Assembly: GCA_040290255.1 (NCBI GenBank)
Contig: PSMU01000001.1
Span: 328,699-392,698 of the forward strand
Length of the DNA: 64,000 bases
Source of the DNA: Nitrososphaerota archaeon
GTDB lineage: Archaea; Thermoproteota; Nitrososphaeria; PSMU01
Reading direction: 5' to 3'
The notes below the pieces were generated by a model. That model did no database searches. It had not been told where the DNA came from and worked only from the letters and a program-made list of their open reading frames with translations. A program made the translations under genes and the position numbers. Positions 10,043 through 19,812 of this stretch are shown here, in pieces (the stretch's first letter is position 1; the number at the start of each line of letters is the position of its first letter).

Positions 10043-10999
10043 CTACTCCCTCAGCGGGCCGGCGAGGTCCGCCAGGTCCACCCAGAGGCCCGCTATATCG
10101 AGGAGCAGGGAGCAGACGACGGCCAGCTCGGCCCCGCGGTTGGAGGAGAGCAGGGTGCCCGCCAGCTCCCTGGCGCGCTCATACGTCTCGTGCGCTGCGA
10201 GCGTGCGGCCCATATCCCTGGAGAGGAAGGCCCCAAAGGCCTGCTCCTGTCCTTCCTTAAGGAGGGCCAGCAGCCTGAGAAGCCCTTCCCCTTCATGCCC
10301 AAGGCGGGGCGCCTGAGCGAGCGCCACCGCCTTATCTCCTATTCCCTCGAGCAGCTGTGAGGCCACCCTGAAGTCCAGCAGCCGGAGCGGCGACAGGCCC
10401 AGCCGGAGCGCCAGCGAGGGGTCCGAGGCCGCGCCCCTCAGCAGCCTCACGAGGTAAAAATAGAGCCTATCCACGACCTCATCCTCGTCCAGCACCTTCT
10501 TGGGCTCCTCCCTTCCCAGGGCCGCCTCCAGGGCCCACCGCTGCATCTTGAGCGTGCTGACGTGCATCCTCCTCAGCGCCTGCTCCGGCGCTAGGCCCGA
10601 GGCATCGGCCATAACTCGCAGCAGCAGCTCGCCGTCCTCCTCGACCAGCTCCAGGCCCAGCAGTTTGGAGGTCAGGGCCCTTATCAGCTGCCTTGCCCCC
10701 TCGGCCATCCCCTTCTCGGCGCTAATGCGTATATCATCATATCCATCTAGGTATGCGGCGACGAGCTCGTTGTAGAAGGCCCCCTCCTGGCCCTGTGCAT
10801 ACCTCAGCGAGATCGACCTGCGGGCGGCCTGAGCCCCTTTCCAGGGCAGCAGCAGCAGCACCCTGCCCTCTATCCTGGCCTCAAGCGGGTCGCCCTTCTT
10901 AAGGCCCAGGGCCTTGGCCCACGCATGAGGAACCGCGACCACCAGCGAGCCGCCGCTCCTCTGAAGGCGCCTCAGCTCGGTCCTAGGCGCTTGATACAT
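10043..10999 (-). CDS. AbrB/SpoVT-domain + PhoU-like phosphate uptake regulator homolog
   Basis: N-terminal swapped-hairpin motif (GGSLVVAVPHAWAKALGLKKGDPLE) followed by helical PhoU-like repeats; start placed at internal Met whose ATG sits in an A/T-rich palindrome. Confidence 0.6.
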   Translation of the reverse strand: MYQAPRTELRRLQRSGGSLVVAVPHAWAKALGLKKGDPLEARIEGRVLLLLPWKGAQAARRSISLRYAQGQEGAFYNELVAAYLDGYDDIRISAEKGMAEGARQLIRALTSKLLGLELVEEDGELLLRVMADASGLAPEQALRRMHVSTLKMQRWALEAALGREEPKKVLDEDEVVDRLYFYLVRLLRGAASDPSLALRLGLSPLRLLDFRVASQLLEGIGDKAVALAQAPRLGHEGEGLLRLLALLKEGQEQAFGAFLSRDMGRTLAAHETYERARELAGTLLSSNRGAELAVVCSLLLDIAGLWVDLADLAGPLRE

Positions 11000-11011
11000 A
11001 TCAATATGTAT
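10994..11011. promoter_or_regulatory. 8-2-8 inverted repeat ATACATAT-CA-ATATGTAT inside A/T-rich divergent promoter region
   Basis: Seen directly; lies between the divergent PhoU-like gene and the pantoate kinase gene in an otherwise 68% GC context. Confidence 0.4.
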
Positions 11012-11067
11012 TGAATGTATGCAATATTGATAAGGTTTGCTCACGTGGTGGGCCCGTGCCCCCCTCC

Positions 11068-11997
11068 GTGCTCGTGCCCGCCCATATAACGGGCTTCTTC
11101 TATCCGCTGCTGGACTCACCGGATCCGCTACGCCAGGGCTCGCTGGGCGCGGGCGTCTCGCTGCAGATGGGCATGCGCACCGAGGCCGAGTTCCTTGAGG
11201 GAGAGCAGGGGAGCGTGGAGGTCTGGATAAATGGGGAGCAGGTCGAGGAGGCCCCCGTCAGCCGGCGCGTGGGCGAGCTGCTCCTGCTCTGGAGCCGGAA
11301 GAGCGGTAAGCTCGTCCTGAGGCATGAGGCCTACGCCCCCATAGGCGCGGGCTTCGGCATGAGCGGCGCGGCGGCGCTCGGCGCGGCCCTCGCGGGGGCC
11401 AGGGCGCTGGGCCTGGCCCTAAGGCCCCTTCAGCTCGCCCAACTGGCCCACCTGGTGGAGGTGGAGCAGCGCACGGGGCTGGGCACGGTGATAGCCGAGT
11501 ACTATGGAGGCCTCGAGCTGAGGCTCAGGCCCGGCGCGCCCGGCATAGGCCAGCTGATCAAGCTGAAGCTCGCCGAACCATATTACGTGCTGGCCTCGTA
11601 CAATGGGCCGATGAGCACCCGGGCCCTGCTCTCCAGCCAGGAGGTCCTGAGCGAGGTGAGGGCCCTTGCCCCTTCCCTCCTGGCGCGCCTGCTCAGGGAG
11701 CCCAGCGCCGAGCTGTTCATGAGGCTGAGCCACGAGTTCTCGCTCGCGCTCACCGGCGTGCCGGGCGCCGTGAAGGAGGAGCTGAGGAGGCTTAGGCAGG
11801 AGGGCCTGCTCATGGCCATGGCGATGTTCGGCCACACGTACTTCACGCTCGTGCCCGAGTCCCGGCTCGACGAGGAAAGGAGGAGGGCCTCGCAGCTGAT
11901 CGCGGGGCGCAGGCTCTACCTCGCCAGGGTGGATGAGGAGGGCTTGGAGGGAAGGCTGCTCTATGAGGATCCCGCCCAACCATCCCAGGGCCGCTAG
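11068..11997 (+). CDS. pantoate kinase (archaeal GHMP-family kinase, PoK)
   Basis: GHMP kinase motifs (PIGAGFGMSGAAALGAALA) and VPAHITGFF N-terminus typical of archaeal pantoate kinase; GTG start inferred; adjacent to PPS/panB/panE/coaBC. Confidence 0.6.
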   Translation: MLVPAHITGFFYPLLDSPDPLRQGSLGAGVSLQMGMRTEAEFLEGEQGSVEVWINGEQVEEAPVSRRVGELLLLWSRKSGKLVLRHEAYAPIGAGFGMSGAAALGAALAGARALGLALRPLQLAQLAHLVEVEQRTGLGTVIAEYYGGLELRLRPGAPGIGQLIKLKLAEPYYVLASYNGPMSTRALLSSQEVLSEVRALAPSLLARLLREPSAELFMRLSHEFSLALTGVPGAVKEELRRLRQEGLLMAMAMFGHTYFTLVPESRLDEERRRASQLIAGRRLYLARVDEEGLEGRLLYEDPAQPSQGR

Positions 11998-12739
11998 CCT
12001 TATCATCAGGGAGAGGCTGGTGGAGGCATACCGGCAGGGCATCGTCGCGCCCGAGGGGCTCCTCGCCCACGGCAGGGGGGAGGCCTTCGATTACCTTCTT
12101 GGCGAGAGGACCATACCGGAGGCGGAGAGCGCGATCGAGGCCGCCGCCGCGCTGCTCCTCCTGGCGGCCAGGCCGGTGATCTCTGTCAACGGCAACGCCT
12201 GCGCGCTTGCGGCCGAGGAGCTGGTCAAGCTCTCGAAGGTCACGGGCGCGCGCCTGGAGGTGAACCTCTTCTACAGGACGAGGCAGAGGGAGGAGGCGAT
12301 CGCGCGGCGGCTGAAGGAGGCGGGGGCCGAGGAGGTCTACGGCGTGGGCGAGCAGGCCTCGGCGACGATCCCCGAGCTCTCCAGCGAAAGGAGGCGCGTG
12401 GACCCCCGGGGCATCCTGGCGGCCGATGTGGTGCTCGTGCCGCTCGAGGATGGCGACAGGACCGAGGCCCTCAGGAGGCTGGGCAAGCAGGTGATCGCCA
12501 TAGACCTGAACCCCCTCTCCAGAACGGCCCGCATGGCCACGGTGACGATCGTCGATAACATCGTGAGGGCGCTGCCCCGGCTAGTTCAGGCCTGCGCAAC
12601 GCTGAGGACCCTAGGAAGGGAGGAGCTGGCCTCGAGGGTATCCTCCTTCAACAACGAGCGAAACCTAAGGGCCGCGCTGGCCAGGATCCTGGAGGGCCTG
12701 AGAAGGCTGGCGGGTGAGGAGGATGGCGGAGAGGGTTAG
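11963..12739 (+). CDS. 4-phosphopantoate--beta-alanine ligase (phosphopantothenate synthetase, PPS)
   Basis: Resembles archaeal PPS family (COG1701): ...LLAHGRGEAFDYLLGE..., PVISVNGN; gene context in CoA cluster. Confidence 0.6.
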   Translation: MRIPPNHPRAASLIIRERLVEAYRQGIVAPEGLLAHGRGEAFDYLLGERTIPEAESAIEAAAALLLLAARPVISVNGNACALAAEELVKLSKVTGARLEVNLFYRTRQREEAIARRLKEAGAEEVYGVGEQASATIPELSSERRRVDPRGILAADVVLVPLEDGDRTEALRRLGKQVIAIDLNPLSRTARMATVTIVDNIVRALPRLVQACATLRTLGREELASRVSSFNNERNLRAALARILEGLRRLAGEEDGGEG

Positions 12740-13592
12740 GAAGGTCTCGGTGCAGGACCTCTGGGAGAAGAAGGCCAGGGGCGAAAAGATCGTGATGGTG
12801 ACGGCCTACGATTATCCCTCGGCCAGGGCCGCGGAGGAGGCGGGCGTGGACGTGATCCTCGTGGGGGACTCGGGGGCCATGGTCGTGCTGGGCTATGAGG
12901 ATACCAGGCCCGTGACGATGGAGGAGATGCTCGTGCTCTCGAGGGCCGTGGCCCGGGGCGCGAGGAGGCCCCTGCTCGTCGGGGACATGCCCTTCATGTC
13001 CTTTCAGGCGGGCGTCGAGGAGGCCCTAAGAAATGCCGGGCGCTTTATAAAGGAGGGGGGCATGGATGCGGTGAAGATCGAGGGCGGCGCCGAGCAGGCG
13101 CGGGTGGTAAGGGCCCTGACCGAGGCGGGCATCCCCGTCATGGGCCACATAGGCTTCACGCCCCAGAGCGTGCCCATCTGGAAGGGCTACCGCTCCCAGG
13201 GCAAGAAGGCCGAGGACGCGCTCAGGCTGCTGGAGGATGCGGTGGCGCTCGAGGAGGCGGGCGCCTTCTGCATAGTGCTCGAGATGGTCACGGCCGAGGC
13301 GGCGGAGGCGATCACGGCCCGGCTCAGGATACCTACGATAGGCATAGGCTCGGGCCCCGGCTGTGACGGACAGGTGCTCGTGCTGCACGACCTGATCGGA
13401 TATTACGATAGGTTCACGCCCAAGTTCGCGAAGCGGTATGCCGATGTGAGGGGCATCGTGCTTCAGGCGCTGAGGGCCTATAGGGAGGAGGTGCTGGGGG
13501 GCCACTTCCCGGGCGAGGAGCATCTATTCAGGATGGAGCCCGGCGAGCGGGAGAAGTTCCTGGCCCGGCTGGCGGCGTGGAGGCGGGCATAG
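12714..13592 (+). CDS. panB: 3-methyl-2-oxobutanoate (ketopantoate) hydroxymethyltransferase
   Basis: KIVMVTAYDYPSA...VDVILVGDS...LLVGDMPF motifs of PanB. Confidence 0.9.
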   Translation: MRRMAERVRKVSVQDLWEKKARGEKIVMVTAYDYPSARAAEEAGVDVILVGDSGAMVVLGYEDTRPVTMEEMLVLSRAVARGARRPLLVGDMPFMSFQAGVEEALRNAGRFIKEGGMDAVKIEGGAEQARVVRALTEAGIPVMGHIGFTPQSVPIWKGYRSQGKKAEDALRLLEDAVALEEAGAFCIVLEMVTAEAAEAITARLRIPTIGIGSGPGCDGQVLVLHDLIGYYDRFTPKFAKRYADVRGIVLQALRAYREEVLGGHFPGEEHLFRMEPGEREKFLARLAAWRRA

Positions 13593-14500
13593 TGGGCGCC
13601 GGCGCGGTGGGCAGGCTCCTGGCCTGCCTGCTGAGCCTCGGCGGGGCCCGGGTGACGCTCTATGCCAGGGACGAGGCGAAGAGGAGGGCCCTGGAGCAGC
13701 AGGGGCTAAGGCTCGAGGGGCCGGAGGGAGTGAAAACGGCCAGCGTGAAGCTGGCCCGCGGTCCCGAGGAGCTGGCCGAAGCGGGCTTCGTCATCCTGGC
13801 CACCAAGGCGCACCAGCTGGAGGGCGCGCTGCAGGAGCTGCGCCCGGTGCTGGCCAGGGGCCCCTGCCTCGTGCTCGTGCAGAACGGCATGGGCTTTCAG
13901 GAGAGGGTGGCCCAATCCGTGGGGCCCGAGAGGCTGGTGGTGGCCTCGCTATATATAGGGGCCCAGCTGCGCGATGAGGGCAGCGTGCTGTATGCGGGAG
14001 GCAGCGATGTGGAGCTCGCCGCGCTGGCGCCCTCCGCCCGCGGCCGCCTGGAGGAGGCCTCTCGCCTCTTCGCGGCCGGCGGGCTTCGCGTGCGCATCAG
14101 GCAGGACTGGAGGGCCATGCTCTGGGAGAAGCTCATCGTGAATTCGGCCATAAATCCCATCACGGCGCTGAGCGGGCTCTCGAACGGCGAGGTGCTGCAG
14201 GTCCCCTCGCTTGCCCGGCTGCTGGTGCGCGTGGCGCACGAGAGCTATAGGGTCGCGCTGGCGGAGGGCATAGGGCCCTCCTTCACGGACCCCGCGGCCA
14301 AGGTGCTGGAGGCCTGCAGGAGCACGGCCTCCAACAGGTCCTCCATGCTACAGGACCTGCAGGCCGGCAGGAGGACCGAGGTCGACTTCATCAACGGATA
14401 CATCGTGGAGAAGGCCCAGGAGAGGGGCGTGGAGGCGCCTTTGAACCTGGCGCTTTATGCCCTGGTCAAGGGGAGGGAGAGGGCGCTTGGCGTCGGCTGA
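13577..14500 (+). CDS. panE: 2-dehydropantoate 2-reductase (ApbA/PanE family)
   Basis: N-terminal Rossmann GAGAVG and KPR family C-terminal domain; context. Confidence 0.75.
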   Translation: MEAGIVGAGAVGRLLACLLSLGGARVTLYARDEAKRRALEQQGLRLEGPEGVKTASVKLARGPEELAEAGFVILATKAHQLEGALQELRPVLARGPCLVLVQNGMGFQERVAQSVGPERLVVASLYIGAQLRDEGSVLYAGGSDVELAALAPSARGRLEEASRLFAAGGLRVRIRQDWRAMLWEKLIVNSAINPITALSGLSNGEVLQVPSLARLLVRVAHESYRVALAEGIGPSFTDPAAKVLEACRSTASNRSSMLQDLQAGRRTEVDFINGYIVEKAQERGVEAPLNLALYALVKGRERALGVG

Positions 14501-15719
14501 GGGCTATAGGCCCGCCTCGGAGATAAGGGGCACGAAGGGCAACCGGCTGCAGGGCGTGAATGTGATCCTGGGCATCTGTGGGAGCATAGCGGCGCTGGAG
14601 AGCTACAGGGTGGCCAGGGAGCTGATAAGGGAGGGGGCCGAGGTGTGGCCCGTGCTCACGCCCAGCGCCAGGAGGCTCGTGAGCGAGGAGGCGCTCTGGT
14701 GGGCCACGGGCAACAGGCCCATCACCCGGCTCACGGGCGCGCTGGAGCATGTGCTGCTGCTCAAGAAGCAGAACCCCGTCATGCTCATAGCCCCCGCCAC
14801 GGCCAACACGCTCGCTAAGATCGCGGCGGGCATCGATGATACGCCCGTCACGAGCCTTGCCTCCGTCGCCCTGGGCCTGGGCGTGCCGCTGCTCGCCGCG
14901 CCGGCCATGCACGAGCCCATGTACAGGAACCCCTTCGTGGCCCAGGCGATGAAGAGGCTGAGGGAGGCGGGCATCCTCTTCATCGAGCCCAAGGTGGAGG
15001 AGGAGAAGGCGAAGATGGCCGAGCCCGAGAGGATCCTGGAGGCCGTCGTGGCGGCGGTCAGCCCCCCGCTCAGGGGGCGCCGGCTGCTGATCACGGCGGG
15101 GCCCACCGTGGAGCACTTGGATCCCGTGCGCGTAATAACGAACAGGAGCAGCGGGCTGATGGGCCTTGAGCTGGCCAGGGAGGCGCGCAGAAGGGGCGCG
15201 GAGGTGACGCTCATCCTGGGCCCCACGCCCCTGGAGCCCCCGCCGGGCGTGCGCGTGCTCAGGGCGCTGAGCGCCTCCCAGATGGCGGAGCTCGTGGCCT
15301 CGGAGCTGGCCTCCGGCGAGTATCATGCCGTGCTCGCGGCCGCGGCGCCGGCGGACTTCAGGCCCACATCCCCTTCGAGGCGCAAGCTGGACAGCCGCGT
15401 GCGCAGGCTCAGGCTGGAGCTGGTGCCCACGCCGAAGGTCATCGGCCAGGTCAAGAGGCTGAGGCCCGGCGCGCTGCTGGTCGCCTTTAAGGCGGAGCCC
15501 AGCGCAAGCGCGCTGAGGAGGAGGGCGCCGCTGCTCTTCAAGGAGGCGGGCGCGGACCTCGTCGTGGCCAACGAGGCCGCGGAGGGCTATGGCCCGGGCG
15601 AAGTGCGCCAGAGGGGCTTCATCCTCGACCGGCAGGGCCGCAGGCTCTCCTTCGAGGCCGACAAGGCCTCGCTGGCCTCGCTCATCCTGGACCTGGTGCA
15701 GGAGAGGCTGAAGGCATGA
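14457..15719 (+). CDS. coaBC: bifunctional phosphopantothenoylcysteine decarboxylase/synthetase (Dfp)
   Basis: Flavoprotein N-domain (ILGICGSIAALESYRVAREL) and CoaB C-domain; true start probably GTG near 14556. Confidence 0.85.
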   Translation: MPWSRGGRGRLASAEGYRPASEIRGTKGNRLQGVNVILGICGSIAALESYRVARELIREGAEVWPVLTPSARRLVSEEALWWATGNRPITRLTGALEHVLLLKKQNPVMLIAPATANTLAKIAAGIDDTPVTSLASVALGLGVPLLAAPAMHEPMYRNPFVAQAMKRLREAGILFIEPKVEEEKAKMAEPERILEAVVAAVSPPLRGRRLLITAGPTVEHLDPVRVITNRSSGLMGLELAREARRRGAEVTLILGPTPLEPPPGVRVLRALSASQMAELVASELASGEYHAVLAAAAPADFRPTSPSRRKLDSRVRRLRLELVPTPKVIGQVKRLRPGALLVAFKAEPSASALRRRAPLLFKEAGADLVVANEAAEGYGPGEVRQRGFILDRQGRRLSFEADKASLASLILDLVQERLKA

Positions 15720-16273
15720 AGGGCCCGCTCTTCGCGCTCACGGGCCCCCCGGGCTCGGGCAAGACGACGCTGGCGCTGAGGCTCGTGCAGGACATAAGGG
15801 CCCAGGGCCATGCGGCGGGAGGCGTCATCAGCCTGGAGGTAAGGGAGGGCGGTAGGAGGACGGGGTTCGTGATGAGGGACCTGCTCACGGGCGAGCAGGA
15901 GCTCCTGGCGACGACGAAGGGGGGCCGGGGCCCGAGGCTGGGGCGCTACTTCGTGAACGTAGAGGGCATAGGCGGCTTCTGCAGGAGGGCCCTGGAGAGG
16001 GCCAGGCAGCAGGGCGGGCTGGTGGTCGTGGATGAGGTGGGGCCCATGGAGCTGCTGAGCGAGGAGTTCGTGGGGGCGGTGGAGGAGGCGCTGGGCTGGG
16101 GAAGGCCGCTGCTCGTGGTGCTGCACCAGAGGAGCGCCCATGCCCTGGCGAGCAGGATAAGGGCCAGCGCGAGGGCGCTCTACTCCCTGGCCGAGAGGCC
16201 CCCCGAGCTCGTGCGCCGGGAGCTGCTGGAGGCGCTGCTGGCCGAGCTTCGGGCGGCTAAGCCTTATTATTAG
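15716..16273 (+). CDS. THEP1-type nucleoside triphosphatase
   Basis: FALTGPPGSGKTTL Walker A, ...RRTGFVMRDLLTG..., VVDEVGPMEL Walker B; about 185 aa as in COG1618. Confidence 0.75.
   Translation: MKGPLFALTGPPGSGKTTLALRLVQDIRAQGHAAGGVISLEVREGGRRTGFVMRDLLTGEQELLATTKGGRGPRLGRYFVNVEGIGGFCRRALERARQQGGLVVVDEVGPMELLSEEFVGAVEEALGWGRPLLVVLHQRSAHALASRIRASARALYSLAERPPELVRRELLEALLAELRAAKPYY
16263..16272. promoter_or_regulatory. TATA-like element (ccttattatt) about 25 nt upstream of the likely GTG start of smc
   Basis: A/T-rich octamer in GC-rich context at the position archaeal TATA boxes occupy for leaderless mRNAs. Confidence 0.35.
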
Positions 16274-16292
16274 GGTGCGCGCGCCTCGCGCC

Positions 16293-19200
16293 GTGTTCAT
16301 AAAGCGCGTCGAGCTCCAGGGCTTCAAGTCGGTGGGCCAGCGCCCGCTCTCCCTGCAGTTGGAGAGGGGGCTCACCGTGATCACCGGCCCCAACGGCTCG
16401 GGCAAGAGCAACGTGCTCGACGCCATCGCCTTCTGCCTGGGCGAGTCAAGCCTCAAGAGGCTGAGGGCGAACCGGCTGAGCGCGCTCATTCACTCCTCCG
16501 GGGGCCGGGCGCTGGACCGGTGCCGGGTCTCGGTGACGCTGGATAACAACGACGGCGTCCTGCCCATCGAGGCGAGCACGGTGATCGTGGCCAGGGAGAT
16601 GGATGCGTCCGGCGAGAGCCGCTTCTACGTGAACGGCAGGAGGGTGAGCAAGGGCGAGCTGGAGGACCTGCTCTCCGCGGCGGGGCTCCTGCCCGGGGGG
16701 CTCTGGATGCTGCCCCAGGGCACCGTCACCAGGGTCGCGGACCTGAACCCCGTGGAGAGGAGGAGGCTCGTGGAGGAGCTGGCGGGCCTCGAGAGGTTCG
16801 AGGCGAAGAAGGCCGAGGCGCTGAAGGAGCTCGAGGAGGCGGACCGAAGGCTCGAGTTCCACAGGGGCCAGGTGGGCATCAGGAGGGAGGAGCTGCTGGA
16901 GCTCGAGGCGCAGAGGAACGAGCGGCTGAGGCTCCGGCTGCTGGAGAGGTACCTAAGGCGCCTAAGGGCTTCAAGGCTGGCCCAGGAGCTGCTGGAGCTC
17001 AGCGCCCAGGCCGAGGAGGCCGAGCGCGCGTTGGGCCAGAAGGAGCAGGAGAGGGCGAGGCTCGAGCAGGAGAGGGAGGCGCTGCTCGCCTCGCTGGAGC
17101 AGCTGGAGCGCCAGAGGCAGGGCCTGATGGCCTCGCTTGTCGGGGAGGGCAGGGGCCCGGCCGAGCTGGCCTACCTCATATCGGAGAAGGAGGGTAGGCT
17201 GGGGCAGCTGGAGAGGAGGAGGCAGGAGCTGGCCGAGGAGAGGGCAAGGCTGCAGGCCGGGCTCGAGGACCTGGCCCGGGCGCGGGCCAAGAACCTGGAG
17301 GAGAGGGCAAGGCTCAGGGGCGAGCTGGAGGCGCTGCGCCTAAAGCTGCGGGAGCTCGAAGGGGAGAAGCGCGCCAGGCTCTCACAGCTTAGGGCCGAGG
17401 AGAGGGAGGCGAGGAGGCTGAGCGCCCTTCTGGCGAGGAGGACCACGGAGCAGCAGAGGCTGGAGCAGAGGGCCAGGGCGCTGGCCAAGAGGAGGGATGC
17501 GCTGCTGGTCAGGTTCCTGGCCGAGCAGGAGAGGGCCAGGGCGCTGAGGGAGAGGATACAGGGGCTCGCGAGGAGGGTCCAGGAGGCCAGGGCCACGCAG
17601 GAGGCGCTGGAGAAGGCGCTGGCGGGGCTGGAGGAGCTCAGGGGCGGCGTCCTCAGCGAGGCGAAGCAGGAGAGGGAGGCCCTTGAGCGCCTGCACGCGA
17701 GGTGGGGCGAGGCCCTTCAGAACCTCTCCTTCGCGCAGAGGGCCCTGCAGGAGGGCTATGCGCTGCTGCTCTCCTCCGGCGAGAGGCTCGCGGGGCCGGC
17801 GGAGGCAAAGCTGGAGGAGCTCTATAGGAAGGGGGTCTGCGGGGAATACCTGGGGCGGCTGGAGGAGCTGCTGGGCAGCGCCGAGCCGGCGCTGCTCGCC
17901 GCGCTGGGCCCCTGGCGCTATGCGCATGTCTTCAGGGAGGCCTCGGCCCTCCCAAAGGCGCTCAGGCTGGCCGAGAGGCTCGACCTTCACCCCCTCCTTG
18001 CCTGCGCGGAGCTCGCCCCGGAGCGCCCTGCGCCCTTGCCCGAGGGCGCAAGGGCCTGGGTGGCGGAGCTCGTGGCGAACCCGGAGCTAAGGGGGCTCGT
18101 GCACAGGCTCTCCGGCGGGGCCCTCCTGGCGGAGGACAGGCGCTCGGCGCTCGCGCTGGCGCGGGAGGGCTACAGGGCCGTGCTTCAGGATGGGGAGCTC
18201 TATGAAGGCGGCGCCAGCGGGGCCCTTAGGCCCTACCTGCTGCCCCCCTCCCAGGCAAGGGCGATCACGTCGGACCTCAGGGCCCTGCAGGAGGCGGTGG
18301 GCCGGCTGCTGAACAGGGCGCTGGAGATGGTGAGGGAGGGCACGAGGAGGCTGGCCCAGCTGGAGAGGAAGGTGGCCCGCCATGCCTCGCTGGAGGGGGA
18401 GGCGCTGGCCTTCAGGAGGGTGGGCAGGAGGGCCCTCAGGGCCCTGGCCCAGCTCGAGGCGCTGCGCGCCAGGCTGGAGGAGAGGCTCGCCGCCCGCGAA
18501 AGGGCCCTGGGCCAGCTGAAGCAGGCGCTTGAAGCCCTCACGGCCAAGGGGCAGGAGCTGGAGGAGCAGCTCAGGGGCCTGACGCTGCCCGAGCTCCGCG
18601 AGGCGCTGCAGCGCTCTCAGGCTCGGCAGGCGCAGCTGAGGGATGAGCTCTTCGAGGTGGAGAAGCGGATGGGCGAGTGGAGGGGCCGGCTCCCGCCGCT
18701 GAGGGCCGAGCTGCGCACGCTGCTGGAGCAGGCGCGGCGCATAGCGGAGCAGGCCAGCCAGGCGAGGCTGAGGCTAAAGCAGCTGGCCCAGGAGCTGCCC
18801 AGGCTGGGGGGCGAGCTCGAGCAGGAGAGGCAGGCGCTCGAGGCGCTGGCCAAGGAGAGGGAGGCCCTGATGGAGAAGCTGAGGTCCATACAGCCGACCC
18901 TGGATGCCCTGGGCCAGGAGAGGGAGAGGCTGGAGCTGCGCAGGAGGGAGCTGGAGGCCTCGCTCAGCAGGCTGGACAGGGAGGCCTCGGCGCTCAGGGG
19001 GCAGCTGGCCCGGCTGGAGGCCAGAAGGGAGGCGGCCTCTCGCTCGCTGCAGGAGCTGGGCGAGGAGGCGCGCCCCCTGGCCGGCGAGGAGCTGGAGCGG
19101 GCGCTCTCGGAGCTGGAGCAGGAGAGGGCCTCGCTGGCCGAGCGCGTCAACATGGCGGCCGAGGAGGCCTATGAGGCCCTCTATAGGGGGTACCGCTCGC

Positions 19201-19751
19201 TCTCCCAGAGGCTTAGGCAGCTCGAGCTGGAGAGGGAGGCGATCGTGAAGGCGATAGAGGAGGTCGAGGCCCAGAAGAGGGGCGAGTTCCTGAAGCTCTA
19301 CACGCGCCTGAACGAGGGCCTGCAGCAGGTCTTCGCCGAGCTGACGGGGGGCACGGCCCGGCTCGAGCTGGAGGACCCCGAGACGATCTTCAACGGGGGG
19401 CTCTTCCTGCTCGCCTCCTTCCCCGGCAAGGATGAAAGGGAATCGAACGCGCTCAGCGGGGGCGAGAGGACGGCCGCCGCGCTCAGCTTCTCGCTGGCGG
19501 TGCAGGCGCTGAGCCCCTCGCCCATCCTCGTGCTGGACGAGGTGGACGCGCACCTGGACTACCAGAACGCGCAGCGGTTCGCGGAGGTGCTCGCGCAGAG
19601 GGCCCGGCAGAGGCAGATCATCGTCACGAGCCTCAGGGAGTCGATGGTGGCCGCCGCGGACTTGGTCTACGGGCTGTACAGCGTGGATGGCCTGACCAGG
19701 GCCGTGAGGTACAGGCCGCTGGTGGGGGTGAAGAGCGCTGGAGGGGGCTGA
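16293..19751 (+). CDS. smc: SMC chromosome segregation ATPase
   Basis: N-terminal FIKRVELQGFKS...GPNGSGKSN Walker A, long coiled coils, hinge, C-terminal LSGGE signature and DEVDAHLD Walker B. Confidence 0.9.
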   Translation: MFIKRVELQGFKSVGQRPLSLQLERGLTVITGPNGSGKSNVLDAIAFCLGESSLKRLRANRLSALIHSSGGRALDRCRVSVTLDNNDGVLPIEASTVIVAREMDASGESRFYVNGRRVSKGELEDLLSAAGLLPGGLWMLPQGTVTRVADLNPVERRRLVEELAGLERFEAKKAEALKELEEADRRLEFHRGQVGIRREELLELEAQRNERLRLRLLERYLRRLRASRLAQELLELSAQAEEAERALGQKEQERARLEQEREALLASLEQLERQRQGLMASLVGEGRGPAELAYLISEKEGRLGQLERRRQELAEERARLQAGLEDLARARAKNLEERARLRGELEALRLKLRELEGEKRARLSQLRAEEREARRLSALLARRTTEQQRLEQRARALAKRRDALLVRFLAEQERARALRERIQGLARRVQEARATQEALEKALAGLEELRGGVLSEAKQEREALERLHARWGEALQNLSFAQRALQEGYALLLSSGERLAGPAEAKLEELYRKGVCGEYLGRLEELLGSAEPALLAALGPWRYAHVFREASALPKALRLAERLDLHPLLACAELAPERPAPLPEGARAWVAELVANPELRGLVHRLSGGALLAEDRRSALALAREGYRAVLQDGELYEGGASGALRPYLLPPSQARAITSDLRALQEAVGRLLNRALEMVREGTRRLAQLERKVARHASLEGEALAFRRVGRRALRALAQLEALRARLEERLAARERALGQLKQALEALTAKGQELEEQLRGLTLPELREALQRSQARQAQLRDELFEVEKRMGEWRGRLPPLRAELRTLLEQARRIAEQASQARLRLKQLAQELPRLGGELEQERQALEALAKEREALMEKLRSIQPTLDALGQERERLELRRRELEASLSRLDREASALRGQLARLEARREAASRSLQELGEEARPLAGEELERALSELEQERASLAERVNMAAEEAYEALYRGYRSLSQRLRQLELEREAIVKAIEEVEAQKRGEFLKLYTRLNEGLQQVFAELTGGTARLELEDPETIFNGGLFLLASFPGKDERESNALSGGERTAAALSFSLAVQALSPSPILVLDEVDAHLDYQNAQRFAEVLAQRARQRQIIVTSLRESMVAAADLVYGLYSVDGLTRAVRYRPLVGVKSAGGG

Positions 19752-19812
19752 GCGCGAGCCGCAGCTGCCCCCCCTCCTGAGGCTGCTGCTCAACCCCCTG
19801 CTGCTGAGGAGG

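Noticed and set aside
16800-19300. Possible tandem repeat or CRISPR-like periodicity in the Glu/Leu/Arg/Ala-rich region
   Set aside because: The periodicity reflects heptad coiled-coil coding sequence of SMC; no exact direct repeats with unique spacers, and no cas genes anywhere in the window.
18774-19793. 339-aa minus-strand ORF and other long ORFs antisense to smc (e.g. 17382-17990, 18617-19153)
   Set aside because: Shadow ORFs typical of GC-rich coding DNA; the repetitive Ala/Glu/Leu/Arg coiled-coil coding sequence of smc lacks stops on the opposite strand.
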